64,000 bases of DNA from Eledone cirrhosa (lineage: Eukaryota). A program made the position numbers and the translations under genes. Position 1 is the first letter of the stretch. Each line of letters opens with the position of its first letter. Below are positions 1 to 14,571 of this stretch, in pieces. Under the pieces are notes generated by a model. It did no database searches and was not told the origin of the DNA. It saw only the letters and a list, made by a program, of their open reading frames with translations. The stretch is from assembly GCA_964016885.1 (NCBI GenBank), contig OZ024740.1:356190001-356254000 (forward strand), in the 5' to 3' direction.

Positions 1-620
1 GAAGTTTTCAGATCCAATCTCCGTTTTGGACAAGTGACGTTCACCATAGCATCGGGTCGACTCAAGAGTAGTGAGTGAAACTGAGTTGAAGGAAGCTGTT
101 TGGAAGTCCATTTGATGGTTTGTATCTGTAATTGAAAGGGTCAACATGTTCATAATGAATCAGTCACGCTGAATTTCTCAGATAATTACATTAAGCGTAC
201 ACATATATGTGGAACACTCAGTGATTTACACGTTAATAAATCGAGGAAGTTGTTCCGGTAATCAACTGGCAGGAACGCTCATCGGAGGTTAATTAAATTT
301 CATATTAAATTCTAATACTGGCACAAGATCATCAAAGAGCAGTTGATAAAATTTACTCTGCAAGAAAGAAAGGTTATCAAGTAAGGTGAGATATAACTTA
401 GGACGTACAGAGATGTAACAAAAAAATATGGCATTTCGTGTGTCACTTTACCAATTCTATCACCTACCACCTCTTTAGAGGAAATGTTTTACATCGGTGT
501 GGATGTCATTGATAAACCATCTCAGCGAGACAAATGTCTTGAAGAAGGATGAAACAAAATACCTCCGTGTTATATCGATTCTATCACTTAATAACTTCTA
601 GACCACGACAATAATATGAA

Positions 621-977
621 TAATGATTTCTGATGTAGGCATAAGGCCAGCAATCTGAAGGGGGAGGTAAAAGTCGATTAAATCGACCCCAGTACTTACT
701 GGTACTTTATTGTATCGACCCCGTAATGATTAAAAGCAGAGCTAACCACGGCGGGATTTGAACTCAGAACGAATAATAATAATAATAATAATAATTGTTT
801 CTACGTTAGGCACAAGGCCAGCAATTACCCAGTGTATTACTGGTACTTTATTTTATCGACCCCGTAAGGATGAAAGGCAAAGTTAACCTCGGCGGGATTT
901 GAACTCAGAATAGCAAAGGCCGTAACTCTATGCGTCAAAGCATGGCGTCCTACTCTCTACCAATACTGCCAATCCAC
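621..977 (-). mobile_element. Two tandem copies of SINE family A (tRNA-derived), separated by (AAT)n
   Basis: Reverse complement shows the B box GAGTTCAAATCC and the central block GCCTTTCATCCTTACGGGGTCGATAAAATAAAGTACCAG. The copy at 621-771 is 5'-truncated; 791-977 is near full length. Confidence 0.85.
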
Positions 978-1071
978 ATAATAATCTGAAGGATTCTTAA
1001 TTGTAGTACGAAATCAAAGCCCCCTCCCTCCCACTAGAAATTACCAAAAGTAGATAACAGCAGAATATATA

Positions 1072-1662
1072 GAAACAATTAATCACATTGTTTCTAGCTG
1101 CCCAGTCTAAGCCAAGAAAGAATATATTCTTAGGCATGGCAGAGCTGGGTTTTAATACACTGGAAGTTGTGTCAACATTATGAAATACAAACAGAAAAAA
1201 AGGTGGTTCATATACACATGAGAAAGGGTTTTAGAGAATGCAAAGTGTACCATAATCTGGAAAATACTAACACAGACAGACAGGGAAAGCAAAAATAATT
1301 GATCAAATATTGTAGCTAAAGACTCCAGTGAAATAAATAACGTTTAGCCAACGTATAATTCCCTATAGATGATAACATATCTCGCAAAGAAATTATTCAA
1401 GTATAAAGATTTGGAAATATAAATAACCAGAATGTTGGCTAAGAAAAATAGAATCAGACTTTATAGTAATAGATGACTTGGAAGTGAACATAAAATACAC
1501 TGAAAATTCTCCAATGAAAATCTCAACAAGCAGGTACTGTACATATTACGTTGCACGGCTTCAATACAATCCAAACAACATCACTAAAACACAACACTGC
1601 AGATAGCCAGGGCACACGGAGCTGCGTTTGATAATTTAGTGACAGCACACAATGAAAATAAT
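1072..1662 (+). mobile_element. Degenerate 3' fragment of an RLE-type non-LTR retrotransposon (Dong/R4-like)
   Basis: Manual translation across stops/frameshifts gives ETINHIVSSCPV*AKKEYILRH, IHWKLCQHY, VLENAKCTIIW and KYKDLEI. This matches the CCHC knuckle and restriction-like endonuclease region of R4/Dong ORFs. Ends in an AATA-rich tail. Confidence 0.7.
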
Positions 1663-1673
1663 ACTACTGAATA

Positions 1674-2096
1674 ATAATTGTTTCTAATTTAGGCACAAGG
1701 CCAGCAATTTGAAGGGGAGGGGAAAGTCGATTAAATCGAACCCAGCGCTTACTGGTACTTTATTTTATTGACCCCGTAAGGATGAAAGGCAGAGTTAACC
1801 TCGGCAGGATTTGATCACAGAACTTAAAGGACCATAACTCTATGCTGCAAAGTATGGTGTCCAACGCTCTACCGATATTGCCAATTCTCTGCTCTGTGAC
1901 TACTGAATAATAATTGTTTCTACTTTTGGCATAAGGCCAGCAATTAACCCAGTGCATTACTGGTACTTTATTTTATCGACCCCCGTAAGGATGAAAGGCA
2001 AAGTTAACCTCGGCAGGATTTGAACTCAGACCATAAAGGGCCGTAACTCTATGCTGCAAAGCATGACGTCCGATCCTCTACCGATACTGCTAATCA
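1674..2096 (-). mobile_element. Two tandem SINE family A copies
   Basis: Copies at 1674-1890 and 1910-2096; ACTACTGAATAATAAT precedes both (1663-1678 and 1899-1914). Confidence 0.85.
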
Positions 2097-2388
2097 ACCA
2101 AAAGATCAGCAATTTGTGAGGAGGGGAAAGTCGATCATATCGACCCGGTTCTTGAATCGATGGGATTTAAACTCCAAATGTAAAGAATCGTAACCAAATA
2201 GCACAAAGAATTTTGTTCGATGCTCTAACGATTCGACTAACTTATAGTAAAAAGTAAAGTAAAGGATTCTTAATTCCTGAACCATCATCATGGCGTAAGG
2301 CGTGTCTCGGGCATTTAAAACCTTGGCAGAACCATCACTCTCCATGTCGGAACACAGCCGATTTCTTTATTCGTATGTGTGTGTGTGT

Positions 2389-2441
<53 letters not shown>

Positions 2442-3244
2442 ACCCAGGTATTGGACTGGTACTTTAACAACTTCGGCAGGATTTGAACTCAAAGCACAGA
2501 GAACGAGAACGAATCACAAAAAGCATTATAGCCAACGTTCTAATGACTGCAAATTTGCCGCAATGATACAAGAAATAAATAATACTAGAAGAAAAAAAAA
2601 AAACACATCACGAAACAAAGTATCTCCACCTTCCACTCACTATCCAAAATGATTCGCCAACCAATTTACTCTCGGATCTTCGAGCCCTATATGTCAAGAA
2701 CTATAGTAGCTTATAAGAACTGGCTGAGGTTGTCATACATTGATTGATTTATAGATCAACGTTCTCATTAATTGAACCTGTATATTACTTTGCAGAAATC
2801 TAAGCCATAATTGCAAGAGTTGGAAACATATTGTATGTCATCTATTTTCCCATATTTTCTGTCAATGAACAACAAAATATATTGTGATATAAGACATTTT
2901 GGGATTGTTGTTGAGGATGATTATTGATTTTTTTCTCCAGACTGGATGGGCAGTATTGCATTGGATTACCTCATTATATTAACTTATTTCTATATATTCT
3001 TCTACTAGTAATAAATGTTATCTATCTATATGATATAGTGATATATAATTATATGACGCTATATATGAAGTATACATATACGGACACACATATACCCTTA
3101 CACACATACATACATACATACATACATACATACATACATACATACATACATACATACATACACTCAGACATATATACATGCATATATACATACTTGCATA
3201 CACATTAACACACATGCACACACACATATATATTTATATACACA

Positions 3245-3300
<56 letters not shown>

Positions 3301-3670
3301 CACATGCATATATATACATATATATATATATACATACATACATACATACAAACATATATATATATTAAATTGGAATATATCACACTTGCAATGTATTGTT
3401 TTCCCATGTGGTTTTTTCCGTGTTGATTTTACTCATACACACACACACACACGCACACACACGCATATATATATACATACACACACCCACCCACACACAC
3501 GCATATATATATATATATATATATATATAAGAATTAAAATACTAGAGTGTGTTGGAGTTAAACACCCTCTTCATATTATAGAAATGACAGTAAAGATATA
3601 GCTCAATGTAATAAAACAGAGCCGAAGAATTATGAAAATAAACCAAAGAAGCCTTCAATACATCAAAAGT

Positions 3671-3724
3671 CTTTATTAGCCAACAATGTTTCGTCCTATT
3701 AAGGACTCATCAGGGCAAGTAAAG
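3671..3724 (-). ncRNA. Minimal type I hammerhead ribozyme motif (PLE-1 3' pLTR)
   Basis: Minus strand reads GCC CTGATGA GTCCT taat AGGAC GAAA C att G TT GGC, with a CTTTA/TAAAG extension of stem I. Confidence 0.85.
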
Positions 3725-3997
3725 CTATAAGAAGCACTATCGGCAAATACAAGCCAAAAACTCAGAAGAATATGGAGTATACATACATTAAAGCATAGGA
3801 AAATTATCAAGTAAAAATTGCTAAGGAAGTGAATAACATTTTGAACCATATTACAAATATAGTACAATGCAAAAACTAGAACTAAACACAAGTGGTGATA
3901 TAAAGCGAGAATTACAGTACGATATATAATATAATATAATTGATAATGATAATAATAATAATATTAAAAGGCCCAATATACATATATATATATATAC

Positions 3998-4065
<68 letters not shown>

Positions 4066-5391
4066 ATACACATATCCATCAATACAAACACAAACTAACA
4101 CTTATTAAGAGTTTAAATATAAATATAATACATATATTATTTACAGTATAAAATGATAAAGAAATGAATAAAAATAAACATATAATATATAATATACTAT
4201 ATAATTATATAATTTAAAATCTCCGGTCAATTTGCACAAACAATATAAATATTACAATAACACTATAATAACAATATTATAATATATTGGCATATAACTT
4301 AACAAATCATATAAAGTTACACACAGGGTGAGAAAAAATATCATACAGAACTAAATTGTGTTGAAAAAATTGTGCTGGAAAAATATCTATACCGTTGTAA
4401 CAAAACAGACGGAGGTCGAGTTTTTAAACAATTGGTATAAATAAATATTATCTAAATATTATAAAAATTATAAAAATATAAACATATTACAGAATTTACA
4501 AAATTTAACACAAGGGTACATTGAATAATCGGTAAATATTTAAGATCTATAGTACGATTACAAAAAGTGATATGATATAACAACTTCAATATCAAATAAC
4601 AAACATAGTATAGTATACATAATTACATGGTTGGTAGACAGACATATGTGAATAAGTGAATAAGAACCGGACAGAAACTACGCACGGTAGTAAAAAATAT
4701 AAATAAAATCAACCGGAAATCGAAAAAACAAAAACAAATATATTTACTTAGGTGTCACAAGCAGTTAAGTAAAAAAATTAGGAATCAAACCCGGATAAAT
4801 GACTAGAAGACCTTATTAAATTAATTAATATTGAAAGTATTTAAAATACATAATAAGTCATTACAAAATTAGCTATTGTTTAAGTAATCAAAATCTCTAA
4901 AGTTTAAGATATCTCAATAAAAATATCCAGAATAGAATGAAATATTCTACTTTCAGTTGAATAACGTTATCTAGTAAACGGACCTTAAATAGAACTATGG
5001 TAGGCCAATGGGAACAGAAAAAAGAAAGGTATGGAGGATACGAAGAAGCATAAAATCATAATCAATATACTGTATAATACAATAGAAAAGAGCATAAAAG
5101 GGAATTGAATATAATTATAGTATAATTGAAGGGGCGAATGACAAGTGTGTGTGTGTGGGGGGGGGGGGGGGAGTTAATTATCTAAATGAGAATCCAAATA
5201 AAATATATAATCAGATATAAACTCATAAGGTGTTAATAGTGAAAATATAATATTTAAGAAGATAGATATGGTATGGTAGCCAAAAGACTATGAAAGCTAG
5301 ATCGAAAAGCTGTTAAAAACCAATAATAATAATGATAATGATGGTGGTAAACAAAATGAACCTAAACAAAAAAGATAAGGGAATATAGCAG

Positions 5392-6087
5392 CTAATGGAT
5401 ACAATTTACACTACCAGAACTTTTAGGTTTATAATAAAAATAAGAATTAGAAATGGCGTGGGGGCAGGAAGAAAATATCTCAGACTTTCTATTAAGTAAG
5501 AATTCCCTAGAGAAAATTATAGAGTGGGTCTCAAGGATACAGAGATTACAGAATTTAGTGTGTGTTGATAGGTTATTAGAGCGTGCTACTATTCGCCAAT
5601 TAAGGCTATATGGTATATTAGCCCCCTTAAGATCCCAGATATGGTGTGCTAAAGAAGTAGAATTCTTAAACTTAACATGTTTAAAATTAGAGATATGAGA
5701 ATTAAACCTAGTCCTAAAAGTGTTAGATGTTGAGCCTATATATGTGCTATTAGAGGAATTAGTTTTAACTACACAAGCATAAACAATGTTCCTAGAGAGG
5801 CAGTTACCGTTTAAAGGGCAGTTAACACTCACTCTACAGTTACACTTCCGGGTGCTATTGATCGGCTGAAGTAGTGATGCATCACTCGTAGGGTTACTAT
5901 GAGATAAGGTCTGCTCAGGTGGTAAGGCATTTATGGATCTATCCAGACTAGTAGTACGCAGAGAGGAGTAGCCGTCCCTAATTTTCCTATTGTTAGTGCT
6001 AGCTAAATGAGAACTAATATTAGGGGTGGTAGAGAATGATAGTTTAATTACATTTTTATTAAAAATACCATGGTATTTATTAGAGGG
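5392..6087 (-). pseudogene. Penelope-like RT-EN linker plus GIY-YIG endonuclease (5'-truncated ORF)
   Basis: Open frame longer than the listed ORF: PSNKYHGIFNKNVIKLSFSTTPN...KCNCRVSVNCPLNGNCLSRNIVY...YIGSTSNTFRTRFNSH...CNLCILE...LLNRKSEIFSSCPH. Confidence 0.9.
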
Positions 6088-6125
6088 AGTTTTTGGCTTG
6101 CATTGGCCGATAGTGCTTCTTATAG

Positions 6126-6179
6126 CTTTACTTGCCCTGATGAGTCCTTAATAGGACGAAACATTGTTGGCTAATAAAG
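6126..6179 (+). ncRNA. Minimal type I hammerhead ribozyme motif (PLE-1 inverted pLTR)
   Basis: CTGATGA at 6137-6143, stem II GTCCT/AGGAC, GAAAC at 6158-6162; inverse copy of 3671-3724. Confidence 0.85.
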
Positions 6180-6674
6180 ACTTTTGATGTATTGAAGGCT
6201 TCTTTGGTTTATTTTCATAAATATATATATATATATATACATTTATTAAAATAACAGATTAAAGTTTAAGCAAAGAATAGAGCCGTCTTTGGATTTTGGT
6301 CTTTACATTTATTATTATTACTATACATATATATATATACATATATATATATACATATATATACATCTATACATGTGTCTATGTGTGTGCGTGTATATAT
6401 GTATGTATGTCGGGTCACTATCGAGTGCTACTGGTAACATGTAACCCAGTACAATCTGTCGTACGGCCGGGTCGTCGGCGACTAAACTAGAATTGCCAAC
6501 AAGTTTACTTGGTGAAGAGGGTGATTTTGGACATTCTGCAGGACAAAACACAAAACCTGACAAAAGGCGCAAGAACACATAAGAGTCAACGACCATCAAA
6601 AAATGTGTAAATATCTATATACCTATATGCATGTGTATGTATGTATATGCAATTATACATTAGTTTATATATGC

Positions 6675-6952
6675 GCGGGGACATAGAAATAATCGGGCTG
6701 GATACCCGATCGCGCGGTTAAACCACTGAGTGAAGGGTCCCTAGCCTTTGTCAGGGCATTCTTCGAGGAGAAGGCAACTCAGGAAACTGGGATAACTCCG
6801 ACATAAAACCTGCGGCTTAGTAGTTACCGATGATGTTGATCTTTTCTTCTTTTCGGGTTATAGCTACTGTCGCTCAGAGATTGGGATTGGCTCAGTGCAC
6901 AATCTTTCCTCACTTTAAAAAAATTCTTCACGCACAGGCATTGCACGATAGC
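6675..6952 (+). repeat. Probable interspersed repeat resembling an RTE-type 5' UTR
   Basis: GC-richer block with GGAGAAGGCAACTC...AAACCTGCGGC and CACTTTAAAAAAATTC, reminiscent of RTE leaders; recognition from memory only. Confidence 0.3.
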
Positions 6953-7673
6953 ATTAATTAATAATTATTAATAATGTTATATCGAGCAATGGCCATACTC
7001 GATTACGAGAGGGCAGCCATCATGTATGAGTAAAATCAACAAAGTAAAACCACATGGGAAAACAATACAATGCAAGTGTGATATATTTCAATTTAATGTT
7101 TGATATTGTAGCAAAAGAGTTTTAACGTTTCAGGCGTTTGTTTTTCATCGGAAGATAGAATGAGAGAGAGAAATAGAATGATAGATGAGAGTACACATGC
7201 TTACACACACATACATAGACACACATACACACACAGAGACACACATTCACATATATCATCATCGTCATTGTCATCATCATCCTCGTCCGTCACACTGTAA
7301 AACACTGCCTCAAAAGAACCGATCCAACCCAGCAATTATTATATTTACCCATTGCGACATGTAGGTGTACATCGTGTCTATTAAAAAGAAAAATCCGATG
7401 AGATTAATGATTCTTTCTACTTAATATGCTTCACATATAAAATAATAAATAATATATCTATCCTGGTTATAAAAAGATATTTATTTTCCATGTTGAATCT
7501 CCCATCATTTTTTACAGTTAAGAACTAACTGATAATCAATTGATATATACAATGTAAAAAAATATGCGAATTATGTATGTAAAGGAAAAATGTTTTGCTG
7601 AAATATATCAATATTTCAGAAACTTCCCAAATTAAGTAAGTATTAGGTAATTTACAGGGTTACATAAGGCAAA

Positions 7674-7893
7674 TAATGGTTTCTGGTTTAGGCCCAAGGC
7701 CAGCAATTTTTGGGGAAAGAGAGAGCCGATTAAATCCACCACCGTGCATTAGTGGTACTTTATTTTATCGACACCATAAGGATGAAAGGCAAAGCTAACC
7801 TCGGCAGGATTTGAACCCAGAACATAAAGGGCCATAACTCTATGTCACTAAGCATATTATCCGATGCTCTACCGATTCTGCCAATCCGCCGGC
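7674..7893 (-). mobile_element. SINE family A
   Basis: A/B boxes and central block present; imperfect TSD ATAAG(G/A)CAAATAAT. Confidence 0.85.
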
Positions 7894-8084
7894 CTGGATA
7901 AGACAAATAATAAGAGTTAGCAATAATTGATATCGGTAATTATATCTAAATTACTTTTAAGTAAAATTACAAAGCCCAAAAATACTCTAATGACCTACTT
8001 AGTTATTTATCTTTGAATTATATTTTAAATTATAGATTTAATGAATTCTGAACTTATATAGTTACCGGTATTTTTGAATTATAT

Positions 8085-8400
8085 AGGTCTTCATCAGCCA
8101 TGGCTAACCATTAGTTTGCATCTGTAAATTTCCTTTCCAAAGCGCAAACCTTGGCAAGGTGTTTTGTGGAAGACTGGCAGTTACCCTCTTCTCCATGACA
8201 CCAACGTTGTCAAAAACTAAAGCAAAAACCGATTCATATTGATACCAGTATCATAGCAGCTAACTTCCAGCTGAATCGACAAAAGGGACTGAAGCAAAGG
8301 AAATTAAAGTGTCTTGCTCAAAATCTCAAAGCGCCGCCCGGTTGAGAATTGATCTTACGACCTTACGATCATGAGTCTAGCACGTTAACTATTAAGCCAG
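8085..8400 (-). mobile_element. Diverged tRNA-derived SINE with a head related to family B
   Basis: AAAGTGTCTTGCTCAA...GACCTTACGATCATGAG...TAAGCC head is shared with family B; the body differs. Confidence 0.55.
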
Positions 8401-9326
8401 ACATCGCGAAGACATATGCCAAGTTGCACCAGGCTTTGCCTTTCCTTTGGACAGCATGGGTGGCGTGGGAAGGAAAACTGGCATATATGGGCGACTGCTG
8501 GTCTTCCAGAAAACACATTGATCAGACTTGCGCATGGAAGAGGAGTTTTCGAAGTGCAAACCCATGGTTAAACTCATGAATTTGTTTTCTCTTATTCACC
8601 CCAAACAAGGTAAGAAAATAATTAAAATGCAAGGGTTACCGAGGAGAGGAAAGGAAAAGACAGATTGAAAATAATCCAAGGAGAGAGATGATGATAATTG
8701 TTGTTGCTTTTGAATTTTTGCAAATTAGGAAATCATGAAGCTGGAAGAAAATTTCATAGGCGAGATATCTAAGATATGCGAGGGAAGAAACTATAAGAAA
8801 AAGGGTCTTTCAAATTTAATTGGAAATATTGAATAGATTTACTTTTAGATAATATATTCTTTAAGATACTTTCTAATCAAATGGGAAGCCAATATAAAAA
8901 TGAAATATTATGCTATTAAAAAAAGATGTTTATTTTATGATACCTGGCATATATTTTTATATGTAACACTCCTATTCTTACTATTCAAGGTAGACGTGAT
9001 ATAATAAGTATGTGTGAAGAAGTAAGCAAACTTTAAAATAAAACTATCAAATAAAATATCTTTCCTCTATTGTTTTCAAGTTTCGAATCTCACAAAATAA
9101 ATTAAAAGCTTTCTGCTGGATCAAAGCATGCCAGAGCAGTTAAATCCAATAACTGCATTTTATTGACACGTTTCTCAAATTTTGCTGATGGGTAAGTAAT
9201 TGCATTTACCAAAGAATTGCAAGAGAATAACATTTATGTCGATCTAGCAAGGAAAAACCTATCATTAGAATCAATGCTTCTGTATTGGAACTAGAAAGTG
9301 GATCAAAATATGATAGCTGCCTTTAA

Positions 9327-9492
9327 ATAATTGTTTCTACCTTTGGCACAAGGCCAGCAATTACTCAGTACATTACTGGTACTTTATTTTATCGACCCCA
9401 TAAGGATGAAAGGCAAAGTTAACCTCGGCGGGATTTTAACTCAGTCCGTAAAGGGACGTAACTCTCTACCAATACTGCCAATCCACCGCCCC
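9327..9492 (-). mobile_element. SINE family A with 15-bp TSD
   Basis: TSD CTGCCTTTAAATAAT at 9317-9331 and 9494-9508; internal deletion in the head. Confidence 0.9.
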
Positions 9493-9623
9493 ACTGCCTT
9501 TAAATAATAGCAGATGTTTTAGAAGATTGTGAAGATATTAGTGTCTGTGACATCAAGGAGTACCAGTTACAAGGTATCGTATCAAACGCAAATAGCAGTT
9601 CCCCAGCGCTTGGTTTACATATT

Positions 9624-9840
9624 TTCAGTTGGATTGTGAATCCTTTTAACAGTAAATTTACTGAGGTGCTCGAAGAACTTGAAGGATTTGCAGAAGCACT
9701 TGAAATTCACTCCAGTAGAATTTCAGAACAAAGCAGATCTCTAATCCTTTTGGTTGTCAAAATATGGAAGCGACAAAAATATTACTGTCTTTTACAACAA
9801 TTGTGAAAAATGATTTTCTACACTTGCGAAATTGAAAAAA
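9624..9840 (+). pseudogene. Degenerate hAT (Charlie/Buster-like) transposase C-terminal dimerisation region
   Basis: Manual translation: FSWIVNPF...EFQNKADL*SFWLSK...ATKILLSFTT..CEK*FSTLAKLK, matching the WIxNPF / FW / CExGFS motifs. Confidence 0.6.
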
Positions 9841-10687
9841 AAAAAAAAAAAAAAAAAATTATAGAAATAATTTGGACATTGATGCATAGTTGAATTAACC
9901 ATGAAGCACAATACGCACACATTTAGGACATCAAACGAAGAGGGAGACCATTTTATTCAAATTAAATGAATTTGCCATTTCAAAAAGGTTTTGAAAACTT
10001 TATATAGTGTGGAATATATCATATTCCTTTAAGGGCTTAAGGTCTAAAATGAACTTAATCCGGCTTTGCCCTGATGACAGAGCAGCAATACTTTTGATGT
10101 TATATATAAACTGAAATAATATCATGATCCCAATATCTAAACTGGAGTTATTTTGAATGAAATTCTTCAGTTCCTCAATGACTTTTATGAATTTTGTTTG
10201 TGAGCTATTTTATTGTCAGCATGTTTGATTTATATTTATGTCTGACTTTTAATTGATCCAAGAAATATTTTAGTATATTGTAGAAACCAAGCCAAAATCA
10301 GTTCTGTAGGAGCAAGACATGGTCAAATTACCTGGCATTACTCACAACAGGACAACTTGTCTAACCCATGCTAATATGGAACAATGGAACAATGCACGTT
10401 AAACGGTGATGATGAAATTCATGTATATCATTTGAAACAATTTTCCGAGCAATTGTCAAGTTTTTGTTCACTTCAAAGCCAGTGAGGTTTTTGTGTAAGA
10501 CCAAAAAGTATCTCCTTAACGTATAGACTACTTCTTATTCCTATATACTGGGGGTATCAATAAACAAAAAAAAAAAAAAAGTATAGTTCTAATATTTACT
10601 TCTATAATTAAGCTGCAGTCTTCTCAATGTGTTTCCCACATCTGTTTGTTTAATAAAGAAGTAACATACAGTTAGTGCGTATGTTAT

Positions 10688-10875
10688 ATAATTGTTTCTA
10701 CTTTAGGCACAAGGCCAGCAATTACCCAGTGCATTACTGGTACTTTATTTTATCGACCCCGTAAGGATGAAAGGCAAAGTCAACCTCGGCGGGATTTGAA
10801 CTCAGATCGTAAAGGGACGTAACTATGCTGGAAAGCATGGCGTCCGACCCTCTACCGATACTGCCAATCCACCGC
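10688..10875 (-). mobile_element. Young SINE family A with 16-bp TSD
   Basis: TSD GCGTATGTTATATAAT at 10677-10692 and 10874-10889; nearly identical to the copies at 49981, 52887 and 61753. Confidence 0.9.
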
Positions 10876-12284
10876 GTATGTTATATAATAGTTGCTAGTT
10901 CCATCCCGTATAACAGGTAACATACTAACGTCAATTCAATCGTCTATCTACATTCCTTCTACAAATACATAGTTATAAACTTCATCAGAAAGAAAACAAA
11001 ACACTAGAAGTATGCTCTCAACAAACGATATCGTTATTTTTCTTAACTTATATTGCTAATGTCTTTCAGTGAGATACACATGTCTTTGAATAAAATCTGT
11101 GTGAAATTATGTGGAGTAAGAAGTAACCTTAGGGCGAAGTCAGTTCATAAACTAGTTTTCGTCCTTAGCTATAAACATTAGCCATGATTTATATTTCTAA
11201 TACATTTATGAAAGATTTACCCTTATGGATGGCGTGAACTTTGAAATATAGACCCTTTCCTATAGATATGAATCGTTTGTGGTTATCACAACATTATTAT
11301 TTGTGCTGCTGGTATAAAACAATACCAAGAAGTAACAAGAGCATAGAAGATATTATTGTTGGTTTGACATTTAACACTATATCTGTTATATGTTAATATT
11401 GATTGTAACATTAACAAACGAATAGTACGAACAAACGGAGGTCATTTCTTCGTTTCAACTAACTGATCAATCTCGGAACAACTTCGTTTCATTGATTTGA
11501 ATTGGGGATAGAAATCAATCGACCCTTTGTCAGAAATTGTGCTCTAATTAATTCTTTTGATTTTAGATTTAATTAATTAGGTAAAGTGTAGCTTCAACAC
11601 CCTGTCAAGATATTATATAAAGGCTGATCTTCAACTCATAATTTAAATTTTTAGTGTGAACATAATAGTTAGGGAAATAGGCGTAAAGTTAAACTATATG
11701 GTAAAGATAAAATATTGGTTAGATTTTATTTGATAAGCCATAAGAGCATAGTAACGTATGCTATCTTATATAATTCGGAATGAATTAGATTAAACTTTAT
11801 TGATTGAATTTCTTAACTTCGACACAAAACCTCACCTGACGTTTTGAATATATACTAAATAAAAGCTAAACAAATAAATAAAATAAAACGAAGTAAAGAA
11901 GACATTAATTTAACTTAAACACATTTTATTATCGTCTTTAGAACTCGTGTGACATAACACAATTCCTACTAAGATGAAGATCACGCGATAATTTTGTCTT
12001 ATTTACATTGAAAAGAGTTATAGATTGTAAACCAAACCAACAAATCACATAAACTACAATTAATTTTAATTTTGCTTGTTGGTGAATTTTTACATTAGCA
12101 CAGTATTGGACACTTGTAAAGGATTGTTTTAGTAGTTTGAATGATCTATGCTCGATTCTCGCCCCTTCTTTTAATGCTTCAGTTATTGAACTGTGGTCAT
12201 AATGCAGCATCACTTGCAATGGATTTTCTGATACTTATTTCATCGATCTCGTAAGATACGTAAATTCATAGTGGATAAAAGACG

Positions 12285-12468
<184 letters not shown>

Positions 12469-13799
12469 AGCACGAATATGTGTATATATATGCATGTATT
12501 CTGTATAATTCTCAAAGAAAATGTCAGGAAGACGCCAGTTCAATAAATGACTCATTCTATCGTAACTTTTGAGTGTATATTCTCATATTCAAAACGTTTG
12601 ATTATACGTAAACTGCTTCAATGTATTTATCGCATCTCATATGAAGCGAGAAATAGTTTAAAGTAAATAAACAGCATATTCATACAATTAAAGGGAAAAA
12701 TCGCTATAAAAAAAATTACATAATAATAATAAAAAGAAAATTCTAGGTTAGAACTCTTCCATAAAAACAGCAAAAAATAATACGCATCGCTATCTAGATG
12801 ATTAATGGTCAGTCAAAGCCTAAAAAGGAAATATCGCTCTCAACGAATTTGATTAACATATAAAAAGAGAAGCGTTTAAAAAATCTTATTGTAGCGGAAT
12901 ATATATTGAAGAAGTTATAATGGTTTCTGATTTATGAACCCCGGAAAGAAGAAATGCAAAATTGATCTCGTCAGGATTTAAATTCAAAAGGTAAAAAGCC
13001 GTAAATAGATACCGCAAAGCATTTTGTCCGACTCTGCCAATCCGTAGCCCTTATTGAAGAAGTAATACAAGGGTCAGCTGAAACGTTCATAGGCTGACTA
13101 GGGCTGTGGAATCTTGCATGTATTAATTTTAACTGTTTTACCAATAACTGCATTGTTTCTATCTGGGGACTATGTTGAAAAATAAATCTCATTTGGTCAT
13201 TCAATGAGAGTGTTTTGTTCAGCCTATGAATATTTCAGCCGACCCTCGTAATAAAAGAGTTATCCATAACAGATATCTATCTTACTATGTAGTCAATGCA
13301 TGAAAGAGCTGTACCTACCGTTACTTTGAACAGTTAAAGAAAAAAACACAAACCATTGTTTACATGGAATTTAATAAGTCTATAGGTTTGTTGGTAAATT
13401 TATTGGAAGGAAATGTTAATTATTTCGGCTATATAGTATAAATATTCATATCAATTAACACAATAAATGAAAGCTATTAACATCTAACGGTATGTAATCA
13501 TCTCTTGACATTAATTACACAAGCCGTTTGATAATTATATCTACTGTATCTCAACTAGAAAAGAAAATATATGTTAAATCTGTAATAACTACCCCACAGT
13601 TACCTGCTATTGAAGTTGAATGGTGTCAGTAAGAATGATAATCTAAATGAATTAGAAAACAAATATTTAAGTAGGTAAAATATGTCGATATTAAAAAGAT
13701 CTTAGCTGGAGGTGGTTCGGTTGTTAAAGTCAGTAAACGAAATAAATATAGACAGTGTAGACGGTGTAAATACAGCAGTTATACTTGTCACATTAGAAC

Positions 13800-13985
13800 G
13801 GACCTCCGTCGGTTTCGTTGATGAACGATCCAGTTGTTTGGTCAACGGAACCGACTGCTCTTGAAATCAATGTGCAAGTGACTGATCATTCAATAGATAT
13901 GTATTCACTTAATGTCATTCTCTGAGTGATTCAACGTGACACAATGTATGACAAGACGACGTTTGAATTACAGATCCGGTCCATT
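13800..13985 (-). mobile_element. SINE family B fragment
   Basis: TCAACGGAAC..CTGCTC.TGAAAT.AATGTGCAAGTG...ATTCAACGTGACACA block shared with 25468-25773. Confidence 0.7.
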
Positions 13986-14277
13986 CGACGGGCTTTTAAA
14001 CAGTTCCCGTCTACTCAATTAAGTAACAAGTCCACTGGTCTGCCTGATGATCGTGAGTTCAATCTTTGGGTTACTCGAGTTTAAGCGGAAGAAGCAAGTG
14101 ATAATATAAGTAACTAATAAGTAATATGAGAAGACCACTGGATTGGACAATGGTTCGAATAAAGGTTTCGGTTCGAAACTCCCAAAACAGTACGGAATAC
14201 GACAGACACTTGAAGAAAATCGGTGGTACATCAAGTGAAAGGCTGTGACTACAACAACCAATATAAGAAAATTCCTC

Positions 14278-14367
<90 letters not shown>

Positions 14368-14571
14368 AATATAACAATTTTCTCTCACCCGCCACCATCA
14401 ACAGAGTTGTAAACGAATACAACACAATTACTCAGACACAAAATACAACTTTTAACACAATAAAAAAATGGCCACCAAATATTTCATGTCTAATCAATAA
14501 AACCTGAAACTCACAACCAAGAAATATATCTAAACATAATTTAAGCATCTTGAAAAACGCTGATAATGTAA

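Larger units (their letters stand above)
3530..6220 (-). mobile_element. 5'-truncated Penelope-like element (PLE-1) with inverted pseudo-LTR, inserted in (TA)n
   Basis: GIY-YIG frame on minus strand; 134-bp inverted repeat 3630-3763 / 6087-6220 containing a hammerhead motif; about 100-nt extension 3530-3629; (TA)n on both flanks. Confidence 0.9.

Noticed and set aside
7121-7155. CCGATGA...GAAACGTTA on minus strand
   Set aside because: Core mismatch and no paired stem II; possibly a decayed hammerhead but unsupported.
10688-10875. tRNA-like A/B boxes suggesting tRNA genes
   Set aside because: No cloverleaf; these are SINE heads followed by core, tail and TSDs.
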